NCBI GenBank assembly: GCA_964476595.1
Contig: CAYZCL010000108.1
Location: 214 to 64,213 of the forward strand
DNA from: an uncultured Desulfobacteraceae bacterium
GTDB lineage: Bacteria; Desulfobacterota; Desulfobacteria; Desulfobacterales; JALSRD01
DNA length: 64,000 bases
Direction: 5' to 3'
Positions 27,882 to 38,678 of the stretch are shown here, piece after piece. How positions within the stretch are numbered: the stretch's first letter is position 1; every line of letters begins with the position of its first letter. The notes beneath the pieces are model-generated. The model did not search any database. It had not been told where the DNA came from and saw only the letters and a program-made list of their open reading frames with translations. Both the position numbers and the translations under genes were made by a program.

Positions 27882-27935
27882 CGGATGAAAAGGCCGTGCG
27901 CCCCCACGGCCTGAACCCGCCCCGGACGCCTTATT

Positions 27936-29162
27936 GTGAAACTGCTCATCGAACACCAGTGCCCCCAGTGCGGGGCACCCGCCGTACTGGAAGAGACCGA
28001 CCGGCTGTTCAGCTGTGAATTCTGCCGGGTCAAGTCCATCCTGACGCGCGAGGACTACTTCCGCTACCTGCTGCCGGACCGCGCGCCGCGGGGCCGTGAG
28101 CTGATCTACGCCCCCTACTGGCGGCTACGCGGCACCCTGTTCTCCACCACCGCGCAGGGGGTGGTGCACCGCTTCGTGGACGTCAGCTGCCCGGCCGTGG
28201 ACCTGCGGGGCCTGCCGGTGTCGCTGGGACTGCGCAGCCAGGCCCTCAAGCTGCGTTTCGTCACGCCCGAATCGGACGGCCGTTTCCTGTCGCCGCGGCT
28301 GGGCCGCAAACGCGTCTCCGAGCAGTTCAAGGAGCAGTACGCCGCCGACCTCCCGGCGCCGCTCTACCACCAGGCGTACGTGGGCGACACGCTCAGCATG
28401 ATCTACGCCCCCTACTACGTCAACGGACGCGTCTACGACGCGGTGCTCGACGAGCCGCTGCCGGCGTCGGCCGTGGACGGCGAGGCCCTGCAGGCGGCCG
28501 AAGGCGACCGGGCCCGCTGGCCGCTGGAATTCATCCCGGCCCTGTGCCCCCGGTGCGGCTGGGACCTCGACGGCCGGCGCGACGCCCTGGCGCTGTTCTG
28601 CAGCAACTGCAGCAGCATGTGGCGCACCGAGGGCACGAAGCTCGAGCCGATGCGTTTCGCCACGCTGCAGTCCGACCTGTCCGACGCCGTCTACCTGCCC
28701 TTCTGGCGCATCCGCGCCGAAATCGAGGGCCTGCAACTGGACACCTATGCCGACCTGGCGCGGCTGGCCAACCTCCCGCAGGTGATCCGGGCGCAGTGGG
28801 CCGAAATGGGGTTCCGTTTCTGGACGCCGGCCTTCAAGCTGATGCCACGGGCCTTCTCGCGACTGTGCACCCATGCCACCCTGGCCCAGCCGCACACCGA
28901 TTTCAGGACCCGGCCGCCCGAGGGGCGCGTCCACGCCGTGACCCTACCGGTGGAAGAGGCCGTCGATAGCCTCAAGACGACCCTCTCGACCTTCATCAAG
29001 CCAGCCCGCACGCTGCTGCCCCAGCTGCCCGCCATCCGCATCCGCCCCCGGGCCTTCCTGCTGGTCTACCTGCCCTTCGCCGAAGGCCCCCACGACCTGA
29101 TCCAGCCGGATCTCAACTTGACGATCAACCGCAACCAGCTGCGCCAGTCGGCCGCCCTGTGA
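27936..29162 (+). CDS. Zinc-ribbon protein (YdjG-like), internally duplicated, no TM
   Basis: CPQCG..CEFC and CPRCG..CSNC, each followed by a Y(A/L)P(Y/F)WR motif. Confidence 0.7.
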   Translation: MKLLIEHQCPQCGAPAVLEETDRLFSCEFCRVKSILTREDYFRYLLPDRAPRGRELIYAPYWRLRGTLFSTTAQGVVHRFVDVSCPAVDLRGLPVSLGLRSQALKLRFVTPESDGRFLSPRLGRKRVSEQFKEQYAADLPAPLYHQAYVGDTLSMIYAPYYVNGRVYDAVLDEPLPASAVDGEALQAAEGDRARWPLEFIPALCPRCGWDLDGRRDALALFCSNCSSMWRTEGTKLEPMRFATLQSDLSDAVYLPFWRIRAEIEGLQLDTYADLARLANLPQVIRAQWAEMGFRFWTPAFKLMPRAFSRLCTHATLAQPHTDFRTRPPEGRVHAVTLPVEEAVDSLKTTLSTFIKPARTLLPQLPAIRIRPRAFLLVYLPFAEGPHDLIQPDLNLTINRNQLRQSAAL

Positions 29163-29174
29163 AAGCCGCAGGCG

Positions 29175-29203
29175 TTGACAGTCCGCCGCGGGGCGGCTAA
29201 AAA
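29175..29203 (+). promoter_or_regulatory. sigma-70-type promoter of pfkB kinase (possibly leaderless)
   Basis: TTGACA-N17-TAAAAA, 6 nt before ATG 29210. Confidence 0.6.
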
Positions 29204-29209
29204 GAGGGC

Positions 29210-30157
29210 ATGCCTGCAGACACCCCCCACGTGGACGTGCTGTGCGCCGGCCACGCCTGCTTCGACATGTTTTTCTCGCTGGACCACCACCCGGCACCCG
29301 ACGAGAAGGCCGTGGCATCGGCGCTGACGACCTGCGGCGGCGGCCCGGCCGCCAACGCCGCCGTAGGCGTCGCGCGCCTGGGCCTGCGGGCGGCTTTCGC
29401 CGGCTACCTGGGAGACGACCTCTTCGGCCGCCAGTGCCTGGCGGAGTTCCGGCGCGAGGGGGTCGACACCGCCCTGACGGTCACGGGCGGACACCCCACA
29501 CCGCTATCGGCCATCCTGGTCAAGCCCGACGGACGCCGCACGGTGGTCAACCACCACGGCGACACGCCGGACCTGGCGCGGCTGCCCGCCGGCCACCCCC
29601 TTCCCTCTGCCCGCGTGCTGCTCATGGACGGCCACCAGCCCGAAATATCCCTGGAACTCGTGGACCGCCTGCCCGGTGCCGTGACGGTGCTCGACGCCGG
29701 CTCACTGCACCGTGGCACGCGGCTGCTCATGGGACGCGTGGACCACGTCGTGGCCTCGCAAAAGTTCGCCCGCCAGTTCGGCGGGTGCCGGGACGACCGC
29801 GCGGCCCTGGAGCGCCTGGCGGCGGCCTGCCGCTCGGCGGTCGTCACGCTGGGGGAGAGGGGACTGATCTGGAAGGGCGAACACACGGGCAGCGGCCGCC
29901 TGGCGGCTTTCGAAGTCACGGCGGTGGACACCACCGGGGCCGGCGACGCGTTTCACGCCGCCTTCTGCGTCGGCATCGCGCGGGCACTGCCCTGGCCCGA
30001 CCTGCTGCGCTTCGCCAGTGCGGTAGGCGCCCTGGCCTGCAGCCAGACCGGCGCCCGCCCCGCCCTGCCGAACCTCGCGCAGGTGGCCGCTTTTCTCCAG
30101 AAAACCGGCCACGACGACGGGCTGGCGGGAAAACTCGCCGCCCTCACACAGGGCTGA
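29210..30157 (+). CDS. PfkB family carbohydrate kinase
   Basis: GGGPAANAAVG, VVTLGERG, VDTTGAGDAFHAA. Confidence 0.93.
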   Translation: MPADTPHVDVLCAGHACFDMFFSLDHHPAPDEKAVASALTTCGGGPAANAAVGVARLGLRAAFAGYLGDDLFGRQCLAEFRREGVDTALTVTGGHPTPLSAILVKPDGRRTVVNHHGDTPDLARLPAGHPLPSARVLLMDGHQPEISLELVDRLPGAVTVLDAGSLHRGTRLLMGRVDHVVASQKFARQFGGCRDDRAALERLAAACRSAVVTLGERGLIWKGEHTGSGRLAAFEVTAVDTTGAGDAFHAAFCVGIARALPWPDLLRFASAVGALACSQTGARPALPNLAQVAAFLQKTGHDDGLAGKLAALTQG

Positions 30158-30300
30158 ATCCACGCCTTCAGGACAAAGGGGGTGTTCTTGCGGGATTTCT
30201 CCATACGCCCCCTGCCGGTCTGGATTGGAGAAATTTTCGAAAACCCCCATGCCAACCTGGATGCCATTGACGGCCTGCCGGGGCGGGGCGGGCCGCCGCG

Positions 30301-31668
30301 TCAGGCGAGGTACTTGAGCTCCTTGGGCAGGGGCACGCCCTTGCCCATGCTGTCCTCGCCGTAGTTGACGCCGGCCAGGATCTCGATGTCCCGCAGGGCG
30401 CGCGTATCGCCCTCGAAGACCACCTGCTTGATGTTTTCCTTGCTGATCTTGCCGCCGGCCCACTGGATGTCCAGCACGCTGCTGGCGTCGAAGCGGTCCT
30501 CGCCCACCACCAGCTCGACCTGGCCGCCGTAGTGCTGCACGATCTTGGCCACCAACAGGCTGGGGCGGCTGTGGAAACCCAATTTCTCCGGGATCCCCAC
30601 CGTGATGCGCCCGCGCTCGATGTTCTCGTTGAGGATCTCGCGGGCCAGCTCCTTGCCGGTGTTGAGGAAGAAGCAGGCGTAGTACAGGCCGTAGTTGATG
30701 GTGTGGTCGAGCAGCTCGTGGGCGTCGATGATCTCCAGCAGTCGCTGCTGGGCCTCGCGGTAGACGTGCTTGTAGCCGGCCTCGTGTAGGTGACGCTCGT
30801 AGAAGTGAAGCAGGCGGCCGGTGGTCTGCAGCAGGTGGAAGACCACCGAGAAGAAGCTGCGCAGTTCCTTGAGCTTGCGGTCGCCGTAACGGTAACCGCC
30901 GTGGATGACGTAAGTGTCGAAGGACGACTGCAGGTTGTGCACCAGCATCTCGAAGCGCCGGATCTCGACCTCGTTGACCTTCCCGGGCACGATGGACAGG
31001 ATCTTTTCCAGGTCGAAGGGCTCGTAGAAACCCAACTGGTCGAAGTTGTCGGCGATGTTGAGAAAATCGCTGGCGATGCGCACGATGCTTTCTTTCTGTA
31101 GTTCCTTGCCCTCGTCGTCGATGTCGTAGGTGAGCATCTCGCCGGTGGTGATGGCCGGGAATTCGGCCGGATCGCAGGTGCTGGCCGGGATGGCGACGCC
31201 CAGCCGGCCGGCCTCGTGCAGGATGATGGGCGCTAGGTTGCGCAGGCAGTTCTTCAGGAACTCGTGGGCCTCCTCGCCCTGGCGGGCGAAGTCCTCGGTC
31301 TCGGGCAGGTCGTAGAAAACCAGGCGGTTGAGCACGTGCTTGAGCGAGTAAGCGCCCAGGCTGATGTGGCGCACAGCGGCCGTCAGTTCGCGGTAGAAGT
31401 ACCACGTCTGGTTGTTCTTGGCACCGTGGAAATCCAGGAAATCTTCCAGCACCTGGGAGGTGCCGATAAAGCGCGAGTAGAGCATCTTGGTGAAGGCCCG
31501 GATGGCCGTGTTGAAGTCGGCCACGTACATGCAGCACTTCAGGAAGTCGCGGGAGAAGATGTCGATCTTCTGGGCGAACGAGATTTCGCAGGCCTTCTTC
31601 CGGATGCCCGTTCCCTCCGGGCGGTCCTGCTGTCCGGGCGTGATCTGTCGGGGTTCGAACGTTCCCAC
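30301..31668 (-). CDS. Large helical N-domain fused to C-terminal HPr domain
   Basis: LGFHSRPSLLVAK (His15 motif), FDASSVLD (Ser46 motif); GTG start with GAGGAG SD. Confidence 0.75.
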   Translation of the reverse strand: MGTFEPRQITPGQQDRPEGTGIRKKACEISFAQKIDIFSRDFLKCCMYVADFNTAIRAFTKMLYSRFIGTSQVLEDFLDFHGAKNNQTWYFYRELTAAVRHISLGAYSLKHVLNRLVFYDLPETEDFARQGEEAHEFLKNCLRNLAPIILHEAGRLGVAIPASTCDPAEFPAITTGEMLTYDIDDEGKELQKESIVRIASDFLNIADNFDQLGFYEPFDLEKILSIVPGKVNEVEIRRFEMLVHNLQSSFDTYVIHGGYRYGDRKLKELRSFFSVVFHLLQTTGRLLHFYERHLHEAGYKHVYREAQQRLLEIIDAHELLDHTINYGLYYACFFLNTGKELAREILNENIERGRITVGIPEKLGFHSRPSLLVAKIVQHYGGQVELVVGEDRFDASSVLDIQWAGGKISKENIKQVVFEGDTRALRDIEILAGVNYGEDSMGKGVPLPKELKYLA

Positions 31669-31700
31669 GCTGACACTCCTCGCATGTAAAAAAACCGGCC

Positions 31701-32073
31701 GAAGCGGTCCGTAAGCCGAATTCTGTGCCCGCGGCGGGTTGCCCCGGCCGCGGGTGACGATCATTCATCTGCGGCCACCGGTTGCCCGGCGGCTCTTGCG
31801 ACCTACCCGGGAGCTCGGACGGGCCGCCCTCCAACGCTCCCCTATTTGGTCTTGCACCGGGTGGGGTTTACCGAGCTTCCCCGGTCACCCGGGGAACTGG
31901 TGCGCTCTTACCGCACCTTTTCACCCTTACCGCGCCGGAAACCCGGCACGGCGGTATCTTTTCTGTGGCACTTTCCTTCGCGTCACCGCGACTCCACGTT
32001 ATGGAGCACCCTGCCCTGTGGTGTTCGGACTTTCCTCCGGGGACACGCCCCCAGCGATCGCCTGAACCGCTTC
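31701..32073 (-). ncRNA. rnpB: RNase P RNA (type A)
   Basis: Minus strand GAGGAAAGTCC, AGTGCCACAGAAA, GGTGAAAAGGTGCGGTAAGAGC, ACAGAATTCGGCTTAC; P1 GAAGCGGTTC / GGACCGCTTC. Confidence 0.97.
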
Positions 32074-32091
32074 GGCCGGCAAAACCGGCCC

Positions 32092-32814
32092 TTACTCGAC
32101 TTCCTCTTCCTCCCGCCAGTAGATGATGCGCTGGCAGTTGGGGCAGAACTTCAGACTGTCGCCGCGCTGCAGCTCGTTGTACAGCTGGGGCGGAATGTTG
32201 ACGTTGCACCCCAGGCAGACGGCGTCACGCACCCGGGCGATGGCCAGGCCGTCCCCCTTCTTGGTGCGGATGAAATCGAACGTCTTCATCAGCTTGGCGT
32301 CGACCGAGGCGGCCAGTTTCGCTTTCTCCGCCTCCAGTTCCGCCATGGCCTTTTCACCCTCCTGCTTTTCGGCCAGCACCTGCCTGCGGTCGGCCTCAAC
32401 CTGCACCTGGAGTTTCTCGAAGGCATCGCGGGCCTCTGCCAGGGCCTGCTTTTCGCCCTCCACGGCGTCCAGGCACTGGATCATCTCGTCCTCGGCGCCG
32501 GAGTATTTTTTCTTGAGTTCGTCGATCTCCTTGAGCAGGGCCTGGTATTCCCGGTTGGTCTTCACCGAGCGCAGTTTGGCCTCGTCGCTCTTGATCTGGG
32601 TCTGGATGGCGCCGGCCTCGGACTCCAGGCCGCGGTAGCGTTTTTCGTCCTCCTCGATACGGGCCTGCATGCCGGCCAGGCGTTCCTGGAAGGCGGCCAG
32701 TTCCCCGTCGAGTTCCGCCAGCCGCCCGGCGGCCTGCTGGAGGGACAGTGCAATGCCGCGGCGGCGGTTCTCGGCCAGCTGCAGCTTCCGTAACAGGTAT
32801 AGCTGTTCTTTCAT
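32092..32814 (-). CDS. Coiled-coil protein with C4 zinc ribbon (DUF164 / CT398-like)
   Basis: Long coiled coil; NREYQAL; CLGCNVNIPPQ..CPNCQRII. Confidence 0.9.
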   Translation of the reverse strand: MKEQLYLLRKLQLAENRRRGIALSLQQAAGRLAELDGELAAFQERLAGMQARIEEDEKRYRGLESEAGAIQTQIKSDEAKLRSVKTNREYQALLKEIDELKKKYSGAEDEMIQCLDAVEGEKQALAEARDAFEKLQVQVEADRRQVLAEKQEGEKAMAELEAEKAKLAASVDAKLMKTFDFIRTKKGDGLAIARVRDAVCLGCNVNIPPQLYNELQRGDSLKFCPNCQRIIYWREEEEVE

Positions 32815-32889
32815 TCGGTATTCTCTCCCGTTTATGGCCCCCCACGCTTCCGAACCGCCCGGCATCCGCTGACCGCCGACACCCGACAG

Positions 32890-33717
32890 CTAAAATATAA
32901 GACGAAAGGGGTCCTTTTCAATGGCGCAGGCCCGCACTTCGGCCCGGATGCCGGCGTCGGACATCCTGCGGCGCAGCTCGTGCGCCAAGGTCTCGACCAC
33001 CAGGAATTCGGAGGCGAAGTGCCCCACGTCGATCAGTCCCCGCCCGGCGCCCGCAGCGTCCATGGCGTCGTGGTAGTGCAGGTCCCCGCTCACGTACGCC
33101 TGCGCGCCGCTGGCGAAAAAATCCTTCATCAGCCCCGATCCGCTGCCCGAACACACGGCCACCCGCTCCACCGCCAGGTGCGGGTCACCGCTGACCTTGA
33201 CCGCCTCCAGCCCCAGCCGCCGGCGAATGAGGGCCGCCAGAGCGACCAGTTCGACGGGCTGCGGCAGCCGACCCACGCGGCCCAGCCCCGACCCGGGGGT
33301 CGCCTTCGTCGTGCAGCCCTCCACGCCTTCGGTGCTCAGCGGCACCAGGTCTTCCAAGCCCAGGCGACGGGCCAGGATGTCGTTGACTCCGCCCACAGCC
33401 GCGTCCAGGTTGGTGTGGGCCGCAAAAACGGCCACCTTCGCGGACAGGGCCCGGGCGATGACGGCGCCCTGCGGGGACTGCAGGTCGATGCGTTTCAGGG
33501 GCCGAAAAATCAGCGGGTGGTGGGTGATCAGCAGGCCGCCCCCCGCGGCGGCGGCCTGCGCCAACACCTCGTGCGTGGCGTCCAGCGCCACCCACACCAC
33601 GGACACCGGCCAGCGCGTGTCGCCCACCTGCAGGCCCACGTTGTCCCACTGCTGCGCCAGGCAGGCGGGCGCCAGGGCCTCCATGATTTCCAGGATGTCG
33701 GCGACGGTCGCGCTCAT
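32890..33717 (-). CDS. Nif3-like dinuclear metal centre protein
   Basis: WDNVGL, ITHHPLIF, AHTNLD, GDLHYH, DVGHFASE. Confidence 0.93.
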   Translation of the reverse strand: MSATVADILEIMEALAPACLAQQWDNVGLQVGDTRWPVSVVWVALDATHEVLAQAAAAGGGLLITHHPLIFRPLKRIDLQSPQGAVIARALSAKVAVFAAHTNLDAAVGGVNDILARRLGLEDLVPLSTEGVEGCTTKATPGSGLGRVGRLPQPVELVALAALIRRRLGLEAVKVSGDPHLAVERVAVCSGSGSGLMKDFFASGAQAYVSGDLHYHDAMDAAGAGRGLIDVGHFASEFLVVETLAHELRRRMSDAGIRAEVRACAIEKDPFRLIF

Positions 33718-33811
33718 GGTTCACCGTTGCGGGTGCAGGTGGCTGCGGGCCGGGGTTTGCGTGCGGTGCCGCCCGGCGGTCCGGGCCGTTTTCGCGGGTG
33801 GTGGAAAAGTA

Positions 33812-33884
33812 TGGGCCCACCTGGATTCGAACCAGGGACCGACCGGTTATGAGCCGGTGGCTCTACCAACTGAGCTATGGGCCC
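33812..33884 (-). tRNA. tRNA with CAT anticodon, probably tRNA-Ile2 (lysidine); CCA not encoded
   Basis: GGGCCCATAGCTCAG..CCGGCTCATAACCGG..GGTTCGAATCC..GGGCCCA; typical position after rpoD. Confidence 0.93.
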
Positions 33885-33904
33885 GCACGATCTGAAAATG
33901 GCTC

Positions 33905-33933
33905 TTTCTACTGCCGGGACCCGTTTTTGTCAA
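33905..33933 (-). promoter_or_regulatory. sigma-70-type promoter of tRNA(CAT)
   Basis: TTGACA-N17-TAGAAA. Confidence 0.7.
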
Positions 33934-33956
33934 TAAATACCCTCCTCCGGCTCCCG

Positions 33957-33985
33957 AAAAAGGTGGGGCGGGGCCGCACCGCCCC
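33957..33985 (-). terminator. Intrinsic terminator after rpoD
   Basis: GGGGCGG-N7-CCGCCCC then ACCTTTTT. Confidence 0.55.
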
Positions 33986-34017
33986 GCCCGAAACACGCCC
34001 GCCGCCGGGGGCCGCCG

Positions 34018-35784
<1,767 letters not shown>

Positions 35785-35912
35785 TTACGCCAACCTCCCC
35801 CTGGACGTTTTGAAAAAGCGATCAGCCGGCGGCCGTCGGGTTCCGGTCGCCGGGTGTCCGGCATCGGCAATATGCTTCCGCCTCATTGGTTATCGGTCAA
35901 GCGCCGCCGGCC

Positions 35913-37715
35913 TCAGAACGGGACACTCTTCATTTCGGCCCGGCTCTGGCGCTCCTTGAGCAGTTTGAGCAGCAGTTCTTGGTCGCCACTGCTTTCGGCG
36001 GCCTCGATGCGCTTCTGCAAATCGTCGCGCCGCCGCTGGCAGGCGGCCTCGAACTGTTCCAGCAGGATGCGGCACGCCCGATCGTCCCAGGTTTCCGGTC
36101 CGACGATCATGGACGTCAGCATGCGCCGCAGCCGGTCGTCCGGCATCCGTTCGACCGCCGCCCCGGGATCGTCCTGCAGCAGGGCGGCGTTCTGCAGCAG
36201 AAAGGCGGCGGCCCGCTTCAGGTCGTCGTGCTCGAAGCGGTCCACCGCCTGCCGCCGCTCCACCTCGGCGATGGCGGCGGGGTGCTGCACCATCATGGCC
36301 ACGATCTGGCGTTCGATGCGGAAACGGCCCTCAGACGCGTCCTGCGCCGGGTCTTCGTCCGCGGTGGTGCTGCCCGCGGGCGGACCGGGTTCCGCAAACC
36401 CGGCTCTGGCGGCGCCGGACCTGACCGCCCCCCGGATCCTGTCCAGGATGTCCCTTTCGGGAACCTCCAGGCGGTCGGCCAGTTCGCGCACGTACAGCGA
36501 ACGGGCCACCCGGTCGTCGATCTGCGCCAGCACCGGCACCAGTTCCGCCACCACGCGGAGTCGGGCCGCGATGCCGTCGCCGTGCCGTGCGGCGGCCGCC
36601 TCAAGCAGAAACGAGAACATGCCCGGCGCCTCGGCCACCAGTTTCCGGAACGCCTCCGCACCGTGGCGCGCCACGAAGGAGTCCGGGTCGTGGCCCTCGG
36701 GCAGCAGGGCCACGCGGGCGTCGACGTTCTGCCGCCCAAAGATCTCGTGGCTGCGTTCGGCGGCCTTGCGGCCGGCCGCGTCGCCGTCGTAGACCAGCAC
36801 CATCCTCTGGGCGTGGCCCTTGAGCACCCGCACGTGATCCGGCGTCAGCGCCGTGCCCAGGGTGGCCACCACGTTCTCCACGCCGGCCTGGTCCAGGGCG
36901 ATGAGGTCGAAGTAGCCCTCGACGATGATCACCTCCCCGCTCTGCCGGCACCGCGTCCGCGCCCGCTGCAGGTTGAACAGCGTGCGGCGCTTGTTGAACA
37001 GCGGCGTCTCGGGCGAGTTCAGGTACTTGGGCTCGGCATCGTCCAGCACCCGCCCGCCGAAGGCGATCACCTCCCCGGCCAGGTTGAAGATCGGAATCAT
37101 CACCCGGTTGCGAAAGCGGTCGTAGTACCCGCCGCCCTGCCGCCGGGGCACCACCAGCCCGGCCGTCTGGGCCAGGTTCGGTGAAACGCCGCGGGCCGTC
37201 AGGTAGCGAAGCAGGTTGTCCCAGCCCGGAGGCGCATAGCCGATACCGAATTTTTCGACGGCCGGCGCCAGGATGCCGCGCTTTTCCAGGTAGGCCCGCA
37301 CCGCCTCTCCACGGTGTCCGTCGGCCAGGCTGCGCCTGTAAAACTGAAAGGCCTGCCGGTTGACGTTCAGCAGACGCTGACGCTCACTGGCGGCCTTTCT
37401 CTGTCGTCTGTCCGTGTACACCGGCAGGTCGATACCGTATCGCCCGGCCACCGCCCTGACCGCTTCGGGGAACGAAAGCCCCTGGTGCTTCATTAAAAAA
37501 CTGAAAACATTGCCGCCCTCCCCACACCCGAAACAGTGAAACATCTGCTTGTCGGGGCTCACCGTGAACGAAGGTGTCTTCTCGGAGTGGAAGGGGCACA
37601 GGCCGATGAAGTTCTGTCCGGCCCTTTTCAGCAGAACCGCTTCGGAAATAATATCAACGATATCGGCAGCATGTTTGATCTCCGAGATTTTCTCTTCAGG
37701 AATCAGAGACGACAA
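35913..37715 (-). CDS. dnaG: DNA primase
   Basis: CHC2 Zn finger CPFH..CFGC, KYLNSPET, VEGYFD, TOPRIM YDGDAAG. Confidence 0.97.
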   Translation of the reverse strand: MSSLIPEEKISEIKHAADIVDIISEAVLLKRAGQNFIGLCPFHSEKTPSFTVSPDKQMFHCFGCGEGGNVFSFLMKHQGLSFPEAVRAVAGRYGIDLPVYTDRRQRKAASERQRLLNVNRQAFQFYRRSLADGHRGEAVRAYLEKRGILAPAVEKFGIGYAPPGWDNLLRYLTARGVSPNLAQTAGLVVPRRQGGGYYDRFRNRVMIPIFNLAGEVIAFGGRVLDDAEPKYLNSPETPLFNKRRTLFNLQRARTRCRQSGEVIIVEGYFDLIALDQAGVENVVATLGTALTPDHVRVLKGHAQRMVLVYDGDAAGRKAAERSHEIFGRQNVDARVALLPEGHDPDSFVARHGAEAFRKLVAEAPGMFSFLLEAAAARHGDGIAARLRVVAELVPVLAQIDDRVARSLYVRELADRLEVPERDILDRIRGAVRSGAARAGFAEPGPPAGSTTADEDPAQDASEGRFRIERQIVAMMVQHPAAIAEVERRQAVDRFEHDDLKRAAAFLLQNAALLQDDPGAAVERMPDDRLRRMLTSMIVGPETWDDRACRILLEQFEAACQRRRDDLQKRIEAAESSGDQELLLKLLKERQSRAEMKSVPF

Positions 37716-37873
37716 GAAGTGCCCCCCACGCTTTTAACGAGCCTGATGGTTAAAAAATGGAAGGAACGGGCTTGAAAAGGCTTTTCGGGTTCCAAACAAC
37801 GGCTGCCCCCGTCTTCTACCGTATCGGGATGCTGTGATAAGGCCGCTCGGTTATGTCTTGGTCTTAACCTGTG

Positions 37874-37901
37874 AAAATAACTACGAAGCAATGTTTGTCA
37901 A
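37874..37901 (-). promoter_or_regulatory. sigma-70 promoter of dnaG-rpoD
   Basis: TTGACA-N16-TATTTT in an AT-rich intergenic stretch. Confidence 0.6.
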
Positions 37902-37946
37902 GCAGACAAGCGGCCGCGCCCGAAAAGACGCGCGGCGCCGGGAGAC

Positions 37947-38678
37947 TCAGGTGCCGCCGGCCGCCAGCGCGATGGCCGCGGCCAGGTCGAGGGTGCCGCT
38001 GTAGATGGCGCGGCCCGTGATGACGCCGGTCACCCCCAAGGGCTCCAGGGGCAGCAGGTTGCGGATGTCCTCCAGCGTGGACACCCCGCCCGAGGCCACG
38101 ATAGGAATCGACAGCGCCTCGGCCATGCGGCGCGTGGCCGCGATGTTGGGGCCGGTCTGCATGCCGTCGCGCGAAATGTCGGTGAAGTTGATGGCGGCCA
38201 CGCCGCAGTCTTCGAAGCGTTTTCCCAGTTCCACGGCCGTGACCCGCGTGGTGCGCGTCCAGCCCTCCACGGCCACCAGGCCGTCGCGGGCGTCGATGCC
38301 CACCACGATGCGGCCCGGGAAGCGTACGCAGGCCCGCTCCACCATCTGCGGGTTGCCGATGGCTTCGGTGCCGATGATCACGCGTGCAACCCCCATGTCG
38401 AGGTACATCTCGATGGTCTCTACGGTGCGGATGCCGCCGCCCACCTGGATGTCGGCCCCGACGCCGGCCAGGATCCCGCGGATGGCGTCCACGTTGCGCG
38501 GCGCTTTGTCGAAGGCGCCGTCCAGGTCGATGACATGGATCAGGCGCGCCCCGGCCGCCTCCCAGCGGGCGGCCATGGCGGTCGGATCGTCGGAAAACAC
38601 CGTCTCGGCGTCCTTGCGCCCCTGCAGCAGGCGCACGCACCTGCCGCCCCTGATGTCCACTGCCGGGATGACGATCAT
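37947..38678 (-). CDS. hisA: ProFAR isomerase HisA
   Basis: MIVIPAVDIRGGRCVRLLQG, IHVIDLDGA, QVGGGIR, TDISRDGMQTGPN. Confidence 0.96.
   Translation of the reverse strand: MIVIPAVDIRGGRCVRLLQGRKDAETVFSDDPTAMAARWEAAGARLIHVIDLDGAFDKAPRNVDAIRGILAGVGADIQVGGGIRTVETIEMYLDMGVARVIIGTEAIGNPQMVERACVRFPGRIVVGIDARDGLVAVEGWTRTTRVTAVELGKRFEDCGVAAINFTDISRDGMQTGPNIAATRRMAEALSIPIVASGGVSTLEDIRNLLPLEPLGVTGVITGRAIYSGTLDLAAAIALAAGGT

Noticed and set aside
31669-32209. ORFs overlapping rnpB and the long 5' extension of the HPr-fusion ORF
   Set aside because: The sequence is RNase P RNA; the HPr fusion has a good SD and GTG at 31668
37832-37840. Possible DnaA box in the dnaG leader (TTATCACAG)
   Set aside because: One base short of TTATCCACA and single; not supportable
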